The notes under the pieces: generated by a model
Told to the model about the DNA's origin: nothing
What the model saw: only the letters and a program-made list of their open reading frames with translations
The model's database searches: none
Source: Paraphysomonas bandaiensis
Lineage: Eukaryota > Protista > Chrysophyceae
Assembly (NCBI GenBank): GCA_965644295.1
Contig: CBFFRP010000015.1
Coordinates: 1-64,000 of the forward strand
Length of the DNA stretch: 64,000 nucleotides
Direction of reading: 5' to 3'
Shown: piece by piece, positions 63,301 to 64,000 of the stretch
Numbering within the stretch: position 1 is the stretch's first letter
Layout: each line of letters opens with the position of its first letter
Position numbers and translations under genes: made by a program

Positions 63301-64000
63301 GTGTAAATATCTGTGATGCTAGTTTTCGACGAGGCTTTCTAGATGGCTGAAACTTGGTAGGGGTTGTCTGCGACTGAAAACTACTACCACTGGAAAAACT
63401 TAAGTTCGATTCATAGGCGTGACGTTTCCTCCCAGAGTTGGTCAACAGGAAATACTTTTTGGGTGAGGGCGGAGAAAAAGTTGGAATGAGTAGTCGCTTC
63501 ATTGGTACAACATATCGAGGATTGCCCTCAAGGTTAAATGATGTCAAAATCGCACTCAAAGTGTCAGATTCTGCCCAAGGAGGCACTTGCTCATCCACAT
63601 GTGAGATTTGGCACCGTTTCCCTTTGATATCATAGTCAACCAAATTACATTGATTTAAGCATTTCTGTGACTTACTATAGTTCCATCCCTTCGTTGAAGG
63701 AGGACCCACTGCAGGCTTAAGAATAAGTGTACCACCAGAAAACTCAACCGCAGGTTGCAGTATGGGCGTCCCAGTTGAACTGTATCCTTTTGATGAGTCC
63801 GCACTCCAAGGAGAACGCTGTGATAAAGTAGAATATCGACGGGGTCGAAGAGGCGTTGAAAACTTCCCACTCTTACTACCATTGGCATCACGGCATCCTT
63901 CAGGTAAATCACCACCTCGGCGATGTCCTCGCCTACCCCTGGATCCCGGTACTGAAGAATCGAATGCATCTGACAGTACCCCATTATTCCTCGGGGTCAA
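60302..64000 (-). CDS. REV3: DNA polymerase zeta catalytic subunit (5' end outside the window)
   Basis: GYEVQKASWGYL, TRGSQYRVE, LDFQSLYPS, KMIANVTYGYTAAGFSGRMP, YGDTDS, KKRYAG, KGIEVVRRD, and C-terminal CysA/CysB clusters. Confidence 0.96.

Overview
This is eukaryotic nuclear DNA: gene-dense, with short (~40-80 nt) GT-AG introns, probably from a stramenopile protist (inference only). Host genes recognised: an LRR-kinase-TIR protein split by a 1-nt frameshift in an A7 run, CK2 beta, Pumilio, EndoG-type nuclease, START-like protein, C2-DysF protein, DBP2/DDX5-like DEAD helicase, mitochondrial L20, PSP1-C protein, Slob/PXK-like pseudokinase, double-hotdog thioesterase, MORN protein, SDHB and REV3 (partial). 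Mobile DNA: an intron-containing Sola3-like transposase with a PHD finger, preceded by a KilA-N/APSES-like ORF; relics of two hAT-like families plus a MITE; a palindromic Crypton-like repeat; and an RT-RNaseH non-LTR retrotransposon family with a partner SINE-like element. One LINE copy sits antisense inside the SINE (nested 13-bp and 22-bp TSDs); another has a 194-bp TSD. Long TACA/TATG microsatellites lie between divergently transcribed genes, while transposon debris collects between convergent genes. All calls come from reading motifs by eye; no searches were run.
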